IMG/VR virus record: IMGVR_UViG_3300037067_018091
Location: 23,700-87,699 of that record
Length of the DNA: 64,000 bases
Reading direction: 5' to 3' (one strand)
Source: a virus
Lineage: Duplodnaviria > Caudoviricetes
A program made the position numbers and the translations under genes. Within the stretch, counting starts at the first letter, position 1, and the number at the start of each line of letters is the position of its first letter. This document shows positions 40,482 through 50,656 of the stretch, piece after piece. The notes under the pieces are model-generated. The model worked only from the letters and a program-made list of their open reading frames with translations. It searched no databases and was not told the DNA's origin.

Positions 40482-41469
40482 AATTCTTACACATTATGCT
40501 CATGAAAGTTATCAACAAGCACTTTCTAAAATTCCAGGAGTAGAATTTTACCATGTTATCGATTCTACTGGTGTTTGGCCCGCAGATAAAAAACCTAAAT
40601 TTATTTGGCCTGAAAATGTAAGTAAACCTGATAATATAAAAGGTATTGAAGCGCGCGATATTAGAATACAGGATTTTGATTTAGTTCTTATTCACTGGCA
40701 CCCATTTATAGAGACGTTTAGTAATCTTTGGGGCGATCTTCCAGTTATCTTTCTAGAGCATACATGGCCAAAAAATAATCATCCGGGTGAAATAAACCAT
40801 TGGAAAAACGTGCGTCATGAATTTGTAGATCATACAGTATTTATTACGCTATCTTCTAAAAAAGCTTGGGACTATGAACACGATGAGAATTCTTCTTATA
40901 TTTACCATTCAATTGATGTAGATGCTTTTCCAAAGAAGATTTTGTACGATAGTAAAACAATAATGACTACTACCAACGAATTTATTACGCGCGATTGGGC
41001 ATGTGGATTTACTTTTTGGGCGAATGTCTTAGGTCTTTCTGGAAAACCTTATTTTCCAAAAGATCAAATTCAATTGTTTGGATACGGAAACGATAATATT
41101 AAACCATATGCAAAAGGACGTCGTAGTCGTGAAGAAGTTTTAGATTTATTAGTAAACGCTGGTGTATATTTTAACCCTTCCCAAATGTCGCCTATACCGA
41201 TGTCATTATTAGAAGCGGCTGCTGTAGGGACGCCAATTGTTTCAACTGCAAAATGTGAAGTAGGTAGATTATTTAAAAATAAAATTCATGGAATTATTTC
41301 AGATGACATCGTTGAACTTCGTTGTGGTATAAAAGAATTATTAAATCATCTCGAACACGCAAAAGTAATGGCTGAAAACGCGCGTGAAGTAGTACAAGTT
41401 AATTTCAGTCCTGAAAAATTTCAAGAAAATTGGTTGAAAGTATTTAAAAAGGTTATGTATGACAAATAA
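40474..41469 (+). CDS. Glycosyltransferase family 4 (GT-B)
   Basis: YFNPSQMSPIPMSLLEAAAVGTPIV. Confidence 0.8.
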   Translation: MIRILTHYAHESYQQALSKIPGVEFYHVIDSTGVWPADKKPKFIWPENVSKPDNIKGIEARDIRIQDFDLVLIHWHPFIETFSNLWGDLPVIFLEHTWPKNNHPGEINHWKNVRHEFVDHTVFITLSSKKAWDYEHDENSSYIYHSIDVDAFPKKILYDSKTIMTTTNEFITRDWACGFTFWANVLGLSGKPYFPKDQIQLFGYGNDNIKPYAKGRRSREEVLDLLVNAGVYFNPSQMSPIPMSLLEAAAVGTPIVSTAKCEVGRLFKNKIHGIISDDIVELRCGIKELLNHLEHAKVMAENAREVVQVNFSPEKFQENWLKVFKKVMYDK

Positions 41470-41893
41470 TTTTAAAAGCCGGAAATTTTGGACACTTATT
41501 GTAGTGTACATAGCTTCGTTAGGGTTAACTTTAGGAAAACCCGCGTTAATTGATTCAACTACTGTATTATTTAATTTTTGGACGATGATTGCAGGGATTT
41601 TCTTTGGGACAGATATTTATGGTGGATATCAAACTGCAAAAAATAACGGCGGCGACCTGCTTGATTATGGAATTCAAAGTAAAAAATTTATAGTTTTTCT
41701 AGGACTTTTATTCACATCATTTATTCTCACATGGGTGGGTAAAGTTGAATCCGCAGCAGATTTATTTACTTTTTGGGGACAGCTTTGCGGGCTATATTTT
41801 ACTGGAAACGTTGTAGAAAAACAACTTAAAGGGCGTGCACAACGAGTTTCTAAAGCATTTAAAGAACAGAGCGCCAAAATCCCGATTGATTAA
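41459..41893 (+). CDS. Four-TM membrane protein with duplicated halves, holin candidate
   Basis: FKSRKFW..FNFWTMIAGIFFG and IQSKKFI..FTFWGQLCGLYFTG; basic C-tail. Confidence 0.45.
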   Translation: MTNNFKSRKFWTLIVVYIASLGLTLGKPALIDSTTVLFNFWTMIAGIFFGTDIYGGYQTAKNNGGDLLDYGIQSKKFIVFLGLLFTSFILTWVGKVESAADLFTFWGQLCGLYFTGNVVEKQLKGRAQRVSKAFKEQSAKIPID

Positions 41894-41921
41894 ATAGGAG
41901 TATCCCGCTCTTAATTAACTG

Positions 41922-41951
41922 CAGGTACCTGGAAGAAATTTCAGGTACCTG
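41922..41951 (+). terminator. Hairpin with GAAA tetraloop built from two CAGGTACCTG palindromes
   Basis: CAGGTACCTG-GAA-GAAA-TTT-CAGGTACCTG; followed by TTGTATAAT (TATAAT at 41955-41960). Confidence 0.6.
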
Positions 41952-41967
41952 TTGTATAATATATTGT

Positions 41968-42954
41968 ATGCGCATAGCGATAATTGGAAATACAAATGAT
42001 GCTTCCCAAAATGGTATAAGAATTGGGCAAGCGTGGACTCTACAACGGCATAACGTTAGAAATTTTCCTTTTAGTCCTCAATCAATTGAACAAATTTTAA
42101 AATTTCGCCCTGCTTTTTGTTTAACTACGCAAGGGCGCACATTTGATCATAATGCCTTAAATCAACTTAAAAATGTAGGAATTTATTTAGTTCAATGGAT
42201 TCCAGACGAATACGGGCCAGGAGATTCTCCCGGAGGCCTTTGGTTTGATCGTATAAAAGGAATTTATAATCTTGCATTAGTAGAAACAAAAGGAATTATT
42301 CCAAAACTTAAAGAAGGAAATTATTTCGGTGATGTTATCTGGGCGCCTCAATTTTTTGATCCCCGGTTTCATGGTAATTATGAAAAGCGCCTGCAATATT
42401 ATGAGAATTCTGATTTAGGTTTTGTTGGAGGGGTAAATTTAGAACAATCTACAGTTCGATTAGAGTTTTTACGTAAATTACTTAAAGATGAATATAAATT
42501 AAAAATTGCAGGTGGCACCCAATGGCTCTGGGGAGGAATTGCAGGGATAGATCCTGATTTTCCGTTGGATAAATTTATTGGTGAAGGAGTTCTTGTAGGC
42601 CCCGATCTGGCAAAATTTTTCTTGCGGGTTAAAATTAATTTAAATTTTGTAAATGATTTATTGCCGCAATATGAATTGGGACTATCTAATCGAGCATTTA
42701 AGTGTATTGGATCAGGCGGGTTCTTGTTAACACAGGCTGTAGAGGGCTTGGAAAACATGCTTATACCTGGGGAACATTGCATAACTTATGCTCCCACGAG
42801 TTATGAAGACCTGATTGAAAAAATTAAGTATTTCCTCAAACATGAAGATAAAAGAGAGCAAATTGTTCGTCGGGGCCAGAAACACGTTCTTGAAAATTAT
42901 AGTATAGATAAGATTACCAAGGGTTTTATTGATGAAATATCAAAAAGAATATGA
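41968..42954 (+). CDS. CgeB-like glycosyltransferase (Glyco_trans_1_2 type)
   Basis: LGFVGG; KINLNF..SNRAFKCIGSGGFLLT..YFLKHEDKREQI. Confidence 0.8.
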   Translation: MRIAIIGNTNDASQNGIRIGQAWTLQRHNVRNFPFSPQSIEQILKFRPAFCLTTQGRTFDHNALNQLKNVGIYLVQWIPDEYGPGDSPGGLWFDRIKGIYNLALVETKGIIPKLKEGNYFGDVIWAPQFFDPRFHGNYEKRLQYYENSDLGFVGGVNLEQSTVRLEFLRKLLKDEYKLKIAGGTQWLWGGIAGIDPDFPLDKFIGEGVLVGPDLAKFFLRVKINLNFVNDLLPQYELGLSNRAFKCIGSGGFLLTQAVEGLENMLIPGEHCITYAPTSYEDLIEKIKYFLKHEDKREQIVRRGQKHVLENYSIDKITKGFIDEISKRI

Positions 42955-43237
42955 AATTCAACGCGCTCTCGGAACTTTACCTATTTTTATAGTTGAACGT
43001 AAAGATTGTAAATATGTACATAGAGAAAATGATTTATTTTCCTTAGTAGACAAAAAGGGAAGTAAGACATGGCTTTTAAAAGCGATAACAAAGGCGATTA
43101 GTCCTATAGATGCAATTGATCGTATAATAAAGAAGTATAACTTTTCTGAAGAAGCGCGACAACATTTACACGCATATAGATATATAGTTGGACATGATAA
43201 AGATAACGATGCTTGGATTAATGGCGACGACGATTAA
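42929..43237 (+). CDS. Small ExxIQxALG-family protein
   Basis: MMKYQKEYEIQRALGTLP. Confidence 0.65.
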   Translation: MMKYQKEYEIQRALGTLPIFIVERKDCKYVHRENDLFSLVDKKGSKTWLLKAITKAISPIDAIDRIIKKYNFSEEARQHLHAYRYIVGHDKDNDAWINGDDD

Positions 43238-43481
43238 AATGTATGAAATTTTTTTCAAATATGATGATTCTTGGAATGAGTTAGAAATTCTTGAATTGGT
43301 ACAAATTATTCAAAGAATTTTAGGGCTTAAAGAAAGTCTTTCCGTAGAAAGAACTTTAAACTCTGAAATGATAATTCCTGTACGAGTAGATTCTAATGAG
43401 GATATTCAAAAACTTCTCGATAAGATTAATAAAACGGTAATGATGGCAGAACCTTATAAGATTGAGTATCGTAAACAATGA
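43221..43481 (+). CDS. Hypothetical protein
   Basis: Fills gap, ATGA-coupled to 43478; start uncertain (43221 or 43239). Confidence 0.5.
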   Translation: MATTIKMYEIFFKYDDSWNELEILELVQIIQRILGLKESLSVERTLNSEMIIPVRVDSNEDIQKLLDKINKTVMMAEPYKIEYRKQ

Positions 43482-43726
43482 CCGAAGAAGAATTTGAAGT
43501 TCAAAAAGCATTAGGGCCCTTGAGACACTTCGCTGTAAGGATTCCTCGAGATTTGAGTCCAAATACTGGACAGGTTTATTATAAATATGTTATAGCGATT
43601 AACGAAAAAGATGCTATAAATCGAGCTTGTAGCGAGTGGCCAGAGTTAGCACTTTATAAGTTAGGATTAGTTGCGCATGGATATTATGTTAAAGATAATG
43701 GGCAGATGCATTGGGAGAGTATATGA
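43478..43726 (+). CDS. Small ExxVQxALG-family protein
   Basis: MTEEEFEVQKALGPL. Confidence 0.65.
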   Translation: MTEEEFEVQKALGPLRHFAVRIPRDLSPNTGQVYYKYVIAINEKDAINRACSEWPELALYKLGLVAHGYYVKDNGQMHWESI

Positions 43727-43745
43727 AAGCAAAATACGTAAAACC

Positions 43746-44045
43746 ATGCGTATAAAAAATAAAATGATTGAAAATAAAATTAAAGATTTTGGAGAAGCAC
43801 CTAAAACATTAAAAAATTCTTTTCTTACAGAGGAAGAGTTTGAAGTACAAATGGCATTAGGTGCATTAGAATGGTTTCAATTTTTTGATGAAAATGAAGT
43901 AGATGATTCTGGAATGGGTGATGGGCCTTTTCTTGTTTGGGCGACTACTTATGAACAAGCCTTACAGGTCTACATGAAAGATCATGGTAATTGTCGCGGA
44001 TTATCATGTGCGCGACATAAAAATGGATGGGTTCGATTATGGTAG
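43746..44045 (+). CDS. Small ExxVQxALG-family protein
   Basis: LTEEEFEVQMALGAL; start uncertain. Confidence 0.6.
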   Translation: MRIKNKMIENKIKDFGEAPKTLKNSFLTEEEFEVQMALGALEWFQFFDENEVDDSGMGDGPFLVWATTYEQALQVYMKDHGNCRGLSCARHKNGWVRLW

Positions 44046-45085
44046 GTATAATTTCATACAATAATAATTCAGGCCTTGGACAGATGGCACGTGCACTCCG
44101 TGGACAAAAAATTGTAAATAGTCAAATGATTATTCGTCATCCTATCAAAGATCCTAAAAATATTTTAGATATTGATATTCCTCATACGTATGCTGACTTA
44201 GAACCTACAAAAGAACAACTTTATGAATATCTTAATATATGTAATCCAGATGTTGTAGTTATTATTGAGACCCCGTTTAATTTTGAATTCTTTCAAGAAC
44301 TCCATTCACTAGGCAAAAAAGTTGTTTTAATTCCAATGATTGATAGTATTGGGATGGAAAAATTTATTCCATATCAAAAATATATTGATCTTGTGATTCA
44401 TCCAACTGCGATCGGGTATGGTTTTTATCAACAAAAGGGATGGAAAGGAAATTTTGTATATTTACCTTGGCCAACAGATACAGCCTATTTTAATCCAAAA
44501 CATTTAGATAAACCTGTTATATTTTTACATAATGAAGGATTTGGTGGAGCGGGATTTAGAAAAGGAACTGATAAAGTTCTTACCGCATTTAAACAATTGT
44601 GGTGCATGTATCCAAGTATTGATATGCATATACGCGGCCAACGTGCGGAGTTTGAACATAGTCAAATTCAAAGACATCTACAAAATGTATCAATTGCAAA
44701 TATGGATTTCGATAATAATATTGATATTTATAAAGGGGGTAAAATATATATTGCGCCGTCCCGGCGCGAAGGTCTAGGACTTCCAATACCCGAAGCAATG
44801 GCTTGCGGACTTCCGGTTATAACAACAGACGCGCCACCTATGAATGAACGGTTTTCTAAAGATTATCCATTATTAGTAAAAGTGTATCATCAATCAATGC
44901 TTCCTTATGGAGATATTCCACTATATGATTGTTCGGTTTTAGACCTTATGAATAAAATGAAATTTGCGGCGGAAAATTTAGATTTAATGGAAGAAATTGG
45001 CAAACAGAATTGTAGAATAATTGAAGAATCTTTTTCATGGCATGTTCTTAAAGATAAATGGAGTAATGCATTAAATGATCATTGA
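44027..45085 (+). CDS. Glycosyltransferase family 4 (GT-B)
   Basis: NNNSGLGQ; RKGTDKV; APSRREGLGLPIPEAMACGLP. Confidence 0.9.
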   Translation: MGSIMVGIISYNNNSGLGQMARALRGQKIVNSQMIIRHPIKDPKNILDIDIPHTYADLEPTKEQLYEYLNICNPDVVVIIETPFNFEFFQELHSLGKKVVLIPMIDSIGMEKFIPYQKYIDLVIHPTAIGYGFYQQKGWKGNFVYLPWPTDTAYFNPKHLDKPVIFLHNEGFGGAGFRKGTDKVLTAFKQLWCMYPSIDMHIRGQRAEFEHSQIQRHLQNVSIANMDFDNNIDIYKGGKIYIAPSRREGLGLPIPEAMACGLPVITTDAPPMNERFSKDYPLLVKVYHQSMLPYGDIPLYDCSVLDLMNKMKFAAENLDLMEEIGKQNCRIIEESFSWHVLKDKWSNALNDH

Positions 45086-45533
45086 TATGTTTCAAATTTT
45101 GTGGATGCAATTGTTAAATTGGAATCCAATTCTTACCATTGCAATTGTATCATTAAGTTGCGGATTTATAATAGGAATTGAAAGAGAATTTTTAGATAAA
45201 CCCGCAGGACTTCGTACTACGATGTTAGTAGTTCTGGGCGCGGCACTTTTTACATACCTCTCTTCATTAATCGCGGACATGAATACTACAAGAATTGCTG
45301 CCAATATTGTTGTAGGGATTGGATTTATTGGCGCCGGAACAATTATTCATGAAAAGGAACATGTCCAAGGGATGACGACTGCTGCAACTATATGGGTTTG
45401 CGGCGCAGTAGGAATGATGATCGGTGCAATGTTGTATTTAGATGCATTTATAATAACAATTTTTATTATGGCGGTTTTAATAGGTGTTGGAAGACTTGAA
45501 CATTTCTTTAAAACAAATAGAGGTAAAAAATGA
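45075..45533 (+). CDS. MgtC/SapB-family membrane protein (membrane domain only)
   Basis: GFIIGIERE..KPAGLRT; TRIAANIVVGIGFIGAGTI; GMTTAATIW. Confidence 0.9.
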   Translation: MIIDMFQILWMQLLNWNPILTIAIVSLSCGFIIGIEREFLDKPAGLRTTMLVVLGAALFTYLSSLIADMNTTRIAANIVVGIGFIGAGTIIHEKEHVQGMTTAATIWVCGAVGMMIGAMLYLDAFIITIFIMAVLIGVGRLEHFFKTNRGKK

Positions 45534-45808
45534 TCGAAATAATATTATCAATCATTGCAGGAATTGCGTTTACGGTCTCAGGAATATTTCAAATAATTAG
45601 GATGTGTAAAACACAGTCGTCTCGAGACGTAAGTCTTTTGTTTATTACACTTATGCTTGTTGGAGTTCTTGCTACAACTACTCTTACATATTTAGGTCAA
45701 AATTCTATAGGATATATTTTAGAACGCACAATTAATTCATTACTTACTATGGTTGTTGTCGGGGCAGTGGTTTATTATCGAATTAAAGCACGGAAACAAT
45801 CTAAATAA
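45530..45808 (+). CDS. PQ-loop/SemiSWEET-like three-helix membrane protein
   Basis: IFQIIRMCKTQSSRDVS matches the PQ-loop pattern (PQ appears as FQ); 92 aa with three hydrophobic segments. Confidence 0.65.
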   Translation: MIEIILSIIAGIAFTVSGIFQIIRMCKTQSSRDVSLLFITLMLVGVLATTTLTYLGQNSIGYILERTINSLLTMVVVGAVVYYRIKARKQSK

Positions 45809-46725
45809 TGAAAGTACATGTATTAGGAAAATGGTGTTCTCCTTGGCAAAATGGTAAACTTATTTATGAGGAAGCACGCCGGCAAGGGTTAAATGCAACT
45901 TCTGGTATTCTCGAACAACCTCATAAAGAAATTTTACGTATTATTGATCAACAGAAACCAGATTGGGTTTTTTTAACCGGTTCTCGAACACTTCCAGTTG
46001 AAATTCTTGAACAAATAAAACAGCGCGCTAAATTACTTCTTTGGGACGCAGATGCGAATAGTAATGATCGTCGAAAAACCTGGGAAGAACGTTTACATAT
46101 TCCTGATATAATTATTACTTCTGTTTTAGCAATTGCACAAGAATATAAAAATAAAACAAATAAAATTGTTTGGATGCCTCAATATTATGATAATACATAT
46201 TATCGATCAAGTTTACCTGAAAACCGCCAATTTGATGTAGTATTTCTTGGTGGGTTGGATGTGCATCGAAAAGAAATTTTAAATAGACTCTCTAAAAAAT
46301 TTAAAGTCGCATATCATTGGCATATGTTTGGCGAAGATATGGTAGATTCTTACAATCAGGCTAAAATTGCAATTGGTATGAATTGGCTTCAAACGTCATA
46401 TGAATATTCAGGATCGTTTACAACCTCGGATAGAATATTTAAAGCGCTCGGTTGCGGGATATTTTATTTGGGAAATCCTATTAAAAATATTGAATTGTTA
46501 TTTAATCCTGGCGAACATTTAGATATTTATGATGGTACATATGAAAATCTTGAACAAAAATTTCAATATTGGTTAGAGCATGAGAAAGAACGTCTTGAGA
46601 TTGCAAAACAAGGGCAGGAAGAAGTTTTTAAAAATCATACATTAAAAGTTCGAATACATCAATACTGGCGACTTATGGAAGACCCAAATTATACATCGCC
46701 ATTTAAACAAGGTTTACATGATTAG
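45808..46725 (+). CDS. CgeB-like glycosyltransferase
   Basis: DVVFLGG; YNQAKIAI..SDRIFKALGCGIFYL..WLEHEKERLEIA. Confidence 0.8.
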   Translation: MKVHVLGKWCSPWQNGKLIYEEARRQGLNATSGILEQPHKEILRIIDQQKPDWVFLTGSRTLPVEILEQIKQRAKLLLWDADANSNDRRKTWEERLHIPDIIITSVLAIAQEYKNKTNKIVWMPQYYDNTYYRSSLPENRQFDVVFLGGLDVHRKEILNRLSKKFKVAYHWHMFGEDMVDSYNQAKIAIGMNWLQTSYEYSGSFTTSDRIFKALGCGIFYLGNPIKNIELLFNPGEHLDIYDGTYENLEQKFQYWLEHEKERLEIAKQGQEEVFKNHTLKVRIHQYWRLMEDPNYTSPFKQGLHD

Positions 46726-47605
46726 ATTCGCACACTATTCTCCAAATAAATGGCATCAATTATTTTTAGATTATCTAAAAGGATTTGATCCAGTTATAAA
46801 TTCATGCGATAAAAATTGTGAATTTATTTGGTGTGGGAGTGCATCTATGTTAGAAAAAGCATTCCCTGCAAGTATCAAATATAAAAAACCTATTATATGT
46901 TGGGTTTGGGATATCCCAAATATTTTTCCTGAACATGCGATGCGTACACAAATGTATGTAAATACACTTAAGCAATGTACAAAAGTTATTGCAGCCAGTA
47001 AATTTACACAAACGATATTGGTGAATTGTGGAATAGATGCGGATCAAATATATTTTTATGCGGATACGCGCGATCTTAAAAAAGGACAAAAGAAGAATCA
47101 AGTAATTCAAATTAGTCGATTTACTCCGCATAAAAGATTTGAAATTGCTCAAAAAGTAACAAAAGAGTTAAATATCCCACTTGTTAATGTAGGAATTGTA
47201 AACGATCAAGAATTTTATTATTATAGTCGACTTCAAAAAGAAGCAGGAAATAATGTAATATTTAAACCTGATCTTTCTCGAGAAGATATGATAAAAGAAT
47301 TACAATCTTCTCAAGTATTAATTACTTCATCAATATTTGAAGGATGGGGGCTCTCACCTATAGAAGCGTTATTCTGTGATGTTCCCGTTATTATAAGTGA
47401 TATTCCTATATTTCGAGAACAATATGGTGATAGTGTTCTTTACCATAATCCATTTAATCCTGATAGTCTTAAAGAACAGTTAAAAAAATTACTTGCAGAT
47501 GAAAGTCTTCAAAATAAGATTATACAAAAAGGACGCGAATGCGTTAACGAATATACTCCTGAAAGATTTGTAGAACGATGGCTGAAAATCGTAAACCAGT
47601 TGTAG
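46718..47605 (+). CDS. Glycosyltransferase family 4 (GT-B)
   Basis: ISRFTPHKR; SSIFEGWGLSPIEALFCDVP. Confidence 0.9.
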   Translation: MIRFAHYSPNKWHQLFLDYLKGFDPVINSCDKNCEFIWCGSASMLEKAFPASIKYKKPIICWVWDIPNIFPEHAMRTQMYVNTLKQCTKVIAASKFTQTILVNCGIDADQIYFYADTRDLKKGQKKNQVIQISRFTPHKRFEIAQKVTKELNIPLVNVGIVNDQEFYYYSRLQKEAGNNVIFKPDLSREDMIKELQSSQVLITSSIFEGWGLSPIEALFCDVPVIISDIPIFREQYGDSVLYHNPFNPDSLKEQLKKLLADESLQNKIIQKGRECVNEYTPERFVERWLKIVNQL

Positions 47606-48552
47606 TATTTTTATGTCTTGCGGATTTTGCTGCTTCTGCTTATAATGCATGCCAGGCAGTTAATCGTGTTGGACAGATTGAAGCACATCATATAGTACTT
47701 TCTCAACCTCCTTACGATTTTCCTGCAGAAGTTATTTGTCCTCTTATGTATAAAAAAATTGATCCAACTACTGCAATTAATTACAGTAAAGTTAAAGAAT
47801 TGATTGATAAAGCAGATTTAATTCATTGTTGGAATAACGAACGTGAAGGATTTCCGCTTTTTGCTAACCTTCAAATCCCATATAAAAAAGTTAAGTCGTA
47901 CACGTTTACGGGCACTAGTTATAGAATTGGACATACGGTCGCAAATCAAAATATTCGAAATTATCGTGATGGATCCAGAGTAATTGTGCAGGATCCTTTA
48001 TTTTTAAAATATTTGAATGAATTTCCCGTTGAATATATTCCACATGCGGTTGATACTGATTTACTTAAACCTAATAAAGATAAGGTGCCTAATACAATAG
48101 GCTTCTATAATAAAGCTGATCAAGAATATAAAAATTATATTCAATTGTTGAAACAATTACTCCAAAAGAGTTATTATCCAGAATGGAAAATGGTTGCAGG
48201 AACGACGGCATCTTGGTGGGATAGATTACAAGAATTATCTAGATGTATGTTTTTCTTTCAAAATTTATCTCAAACATTAGGAAATCCCGGACGATCTACT
48301 TGGGAAGCAATGGCAATGGGCGTACCGACGTTTACATATATAAGTCCTGATGTGTTTAAATTAACTTCTCGGTTTGATGGTATACCTGTCCAATCTGTAA
48401 CTGTTTCAACATTAGAAAATGTTTTAAAAATAGTATTAAATTGTACGGACTACTCACAATTATCTAAAAATTCACGTGAATGGGTCATAAACAATTTAGG
48501 GTATACAAGAGTAGGTAAAGAATATACTAAATTGTTTGAAGATTTATTATGA
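47578..48552 (+). CDS. Glycosyltransferase, GT-B fold (GT4-like)
   Basis: YIPHAVDTDL; GNPGRSTWEAMAMGVP. Confidence 0.75.
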   Translation: MAENRKPVVVFLCLADFAASAYNACQAVNRVGQIEAHHIVLSQPPYDFPAEVICPLMYKKIDPTTAINYSKVKELIDKADLIHCWNNEREGFPLFANLQIPYKKVKSYTFTGTSYRIGHTVANQNIRNYRDGSRVIVQDPLFLKYLNEFPVEYIPHAVDTDLLKPNKDKVPNTIGFYNKADQEYKNYIQLLKQLLQKSYYPEWKMVAGTTASWWDRLQELSRCMFFFQNLSQTLGNPGRSTWEAMAMGVPTFTYISPDVFKLTSRFDGIPVQSVTVSTLENVLKIVLNCTDYSQLSKNSREWVINNLGYTRVGKEYTKLFEDLL

Positions 48553-48893
48553 ATAAAAAAGAAGAAAAAATACAAGAAGCTCTTGGAACCCTTCTTCAAG
48601 CAGCATGGCGAGAATATTTAAAAACTATAGATTCAATTAAAAATTTGCAAAAAGAAATTAATCGTATTCAAAGAATTATACGATTCATAGCTAAATGCAA
48701 TAGACTTACTGTAGAAGCACAACTTTTATGTGCAAGGACAATACAAATACAGACACATATCGAGAAGGTACAGATAGATGCCCGTGTAAATTTGTTAAAA
48801 ATTATTAAAAAGATTTATGGAAAAGATATTGTTGTACGTTTTATTAATAATTATTGTTGTAAACTTAGTAATGGGATTACATTAAAAAAATGA
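48549..48893 (+). CDS. Small ExxIQxALG-family protein
   Basis: MNKKEEKIQEALGTLL. Confidence 0.65.
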   Translation: MNKKEEKIQEALGTLLQAAWREYLKTIDSIKNLQKEINRIQRIIRFIAKCNRLTVEAQLLCARTIQIQTHIEKVQIDARVNLLKIIKKIYGKDIVVRFINNYCCKLSNGITLKK

Positions 48894-49678
48894 TTTCTAT
48901 TGCGATTGTATCATTAAATAATCCGGAATATTTGGATTTAACCTTACAAAGTATTGTTCAAAATACTTCAGGGACATATGAAATTTTAATTCATTTAAAT
49001 AGTTGTACATCTGAAGATAAACAAATCGTCGATAAGTGGCAGGGAAAAGCAAATATTGCAATATGTACTACAAGTATTGAAAATGAATTCTGTGCAGCAC
49101 CTTTAAATCGATTATTTAATAGATACGCAAAAGGCGAATATTTTATTTTTCTAGATGACGATATATATGTGGCACCGGGATGGGATAAAGCACTTATTGA
49201 AGCAATTCCAAATCAAAAATATTGGTGGCTTAGTCCAACTTTATATTATCCTAAATATTTACACCAGCCTGCACGATTTAATATTCAATCTTTTGGGATA
49301 ACTCCAAAAACATTTAATAAGACTGCATTCAATCAATATTATTTAGACTTACGCAATATAACAGAAGATAATAAAGGATGGATTAGTGGCGCCGGTTTAA
49401 TTTCACGTGAAGTCTGGAATGAAATAGGGGGATATGATGAACAATTTAAACTCGGTGAAGATGTAGATATAAAAGCAAAAATTTGGAAAGCTGCAACAAC
49501 CGCAGGAGAATCTTATGATTTTCGAAGTATCGCAGATTCGATAGTATATCATTTTGGACATTCGGGGTCTTCAAAAAGGCCGGTAGTAATTAATCCATTT
49601 GAGCTATTTCGACAAAAATGGGGTATGAGTATTACGGAATTTTATAAAAAAGCTTTGCCCGAAATTCAATATTTATGA
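48890..49678 (+). CDS. Glycosyltransferase family 2 (GT-A)
   Basis: ISIAIVSLN; FIFLDDD; IGGYDEQFKLGED. Confidence 0.85.
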   Translation: MISIAIVSLNNPEYLDLTLQSIVQNTSGTYEILIHLNSCTSEDKQIVDKWQGKANIAICTTSIENEFCAAPLNRLFNRYAKGEYFIFLDDDIYVAPGWDKALIEAIPNQKYWWLSPTLYYPKYLHQPARFNIQSFGITPKTFNKTAFNQYYLDLRNITEDNKGWISGAGLISREVWNEIGGYDEQFKLGEDVDIKAKIWKAATTAGESYDFRSIADSIVYHFGHSGSSKRPVVINPFELFRQKWGMSITEFYKKALPEIQYL

Positions 49679-49687
49679 GGCATGTAA

Positions 49688-50656
49688 ATGATCTATAAAT
49701 TGAAACCATTGTCATGTGAAAAAAATTATCTTGTAGATGCGATAGATAGTATATATAAACACATTGATTCAACAATATTTCAAGAAACCGCCGGCACAAT
49801 ACTTGTAGGAAATATACAGGCGATGATAAGTGCAGATCATTATTTCTCAGGATTGAGAGATAATGTTCCTAATACGATTACATTTTGTCATTGTAAACCA
49901 AAAGAAACTATTGAAAACGCTATACACCGGTTAGAAAAAGCAGAACAATCTGTTGTGTTACTTCCATATATATTTCATAAGATTGCAAAACCAAAAAAGC
50001 ATCAACTATTTATATTTCTTATTAGTGAAGATCCTGCGATCGTTTTTGCACGTATGATGGCAAATAGTGTGATTGAGGTTTATCCCAAATTTAAGCGCCC
50101 TGAAGATTTTCCAAAATCTTGTTATGTAGGTCCGGGGGTACATGTTGCAGAAGACGTAGAAATTGGTGAAAATGTAAGATTAATTGGAAACATTTTTATT
50201 TATAGTGGCGTAAAGATAGGAAATAACGTTATCGTTAAACCGAATACAGTTATTGGCGGCGAAGGATTTGAAAAAGATTATGATCCAAAAATGGATTGCA
50301 TATGGCATTGGCCGCATATGGCAAGTGTAATTATTGAAGATAATGTTCAAATTGGGTCGTGTGTTTGTATTGATCGCGGAATGTTTAAGGATACTATTAT
50401 TCATCGAGGGGCAATGTTAGATAATCTTATTCATGTTGCACATTCTGTTGAAATTGGTGAAAATGCACGGATAGTTGCATCTACTATGATTGCAGGCAGT
50501 GTAAAAATTGGCGCCCGCGCGTGGGTGGCCACGTCGATAATAAAGAATGGAATTACTCTTGGTGATGAATGTTATATAGGTCTTGGATCAGTTGTAGTTA
50601 AAGATATTCCCGCAGGCAAGTTGGCATTTGGAGTTCCCGCAAAGGTGAAAGAATGA
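49688..50656 (+). CDS. LpxD-like hexapeptide-repeat acyltransferase
   Basis: VIGGEGFE, VIIEDNVQIGSCVCIDRG, LDNLIHVAHSVEIG left-handed beta-helix repeats. Confidence 0.8.
   Translation: MIYKLKPLSCEKNYLVDAIDSIYKHIDSTIFQETAGTILVGNIQAMISADHYFSGLRDNVPNTITFCHCKPKETIENAIHRLEKAEQSVVLLPYIFHKIAKPKKHQLFIFLISEDPAIVFARMMANSVIEVYPKFKRPEDFPKSCYVGPGVHVAEDVEIGENVRLIGNIFIYSGVKIGNNVIVKPNTVIGGEGFEKDYDPKMDCIWHWPHMASVIIEDNVQIGSCVCIDRGMFKDTIIHRGAMLDNLIHVAHSVEIGENARIVASTMIAGSVKIGARAWVATSIIKNGITLGDECYIGLGSVVVKDIPAGKLAFGVPAKVKE

Noticed and set aside
43221-43481. QIIQRILG as an eleventh QxALG motif
   Set aside because: Lacks the invariant Ala and the Glu at -3; too weak to include
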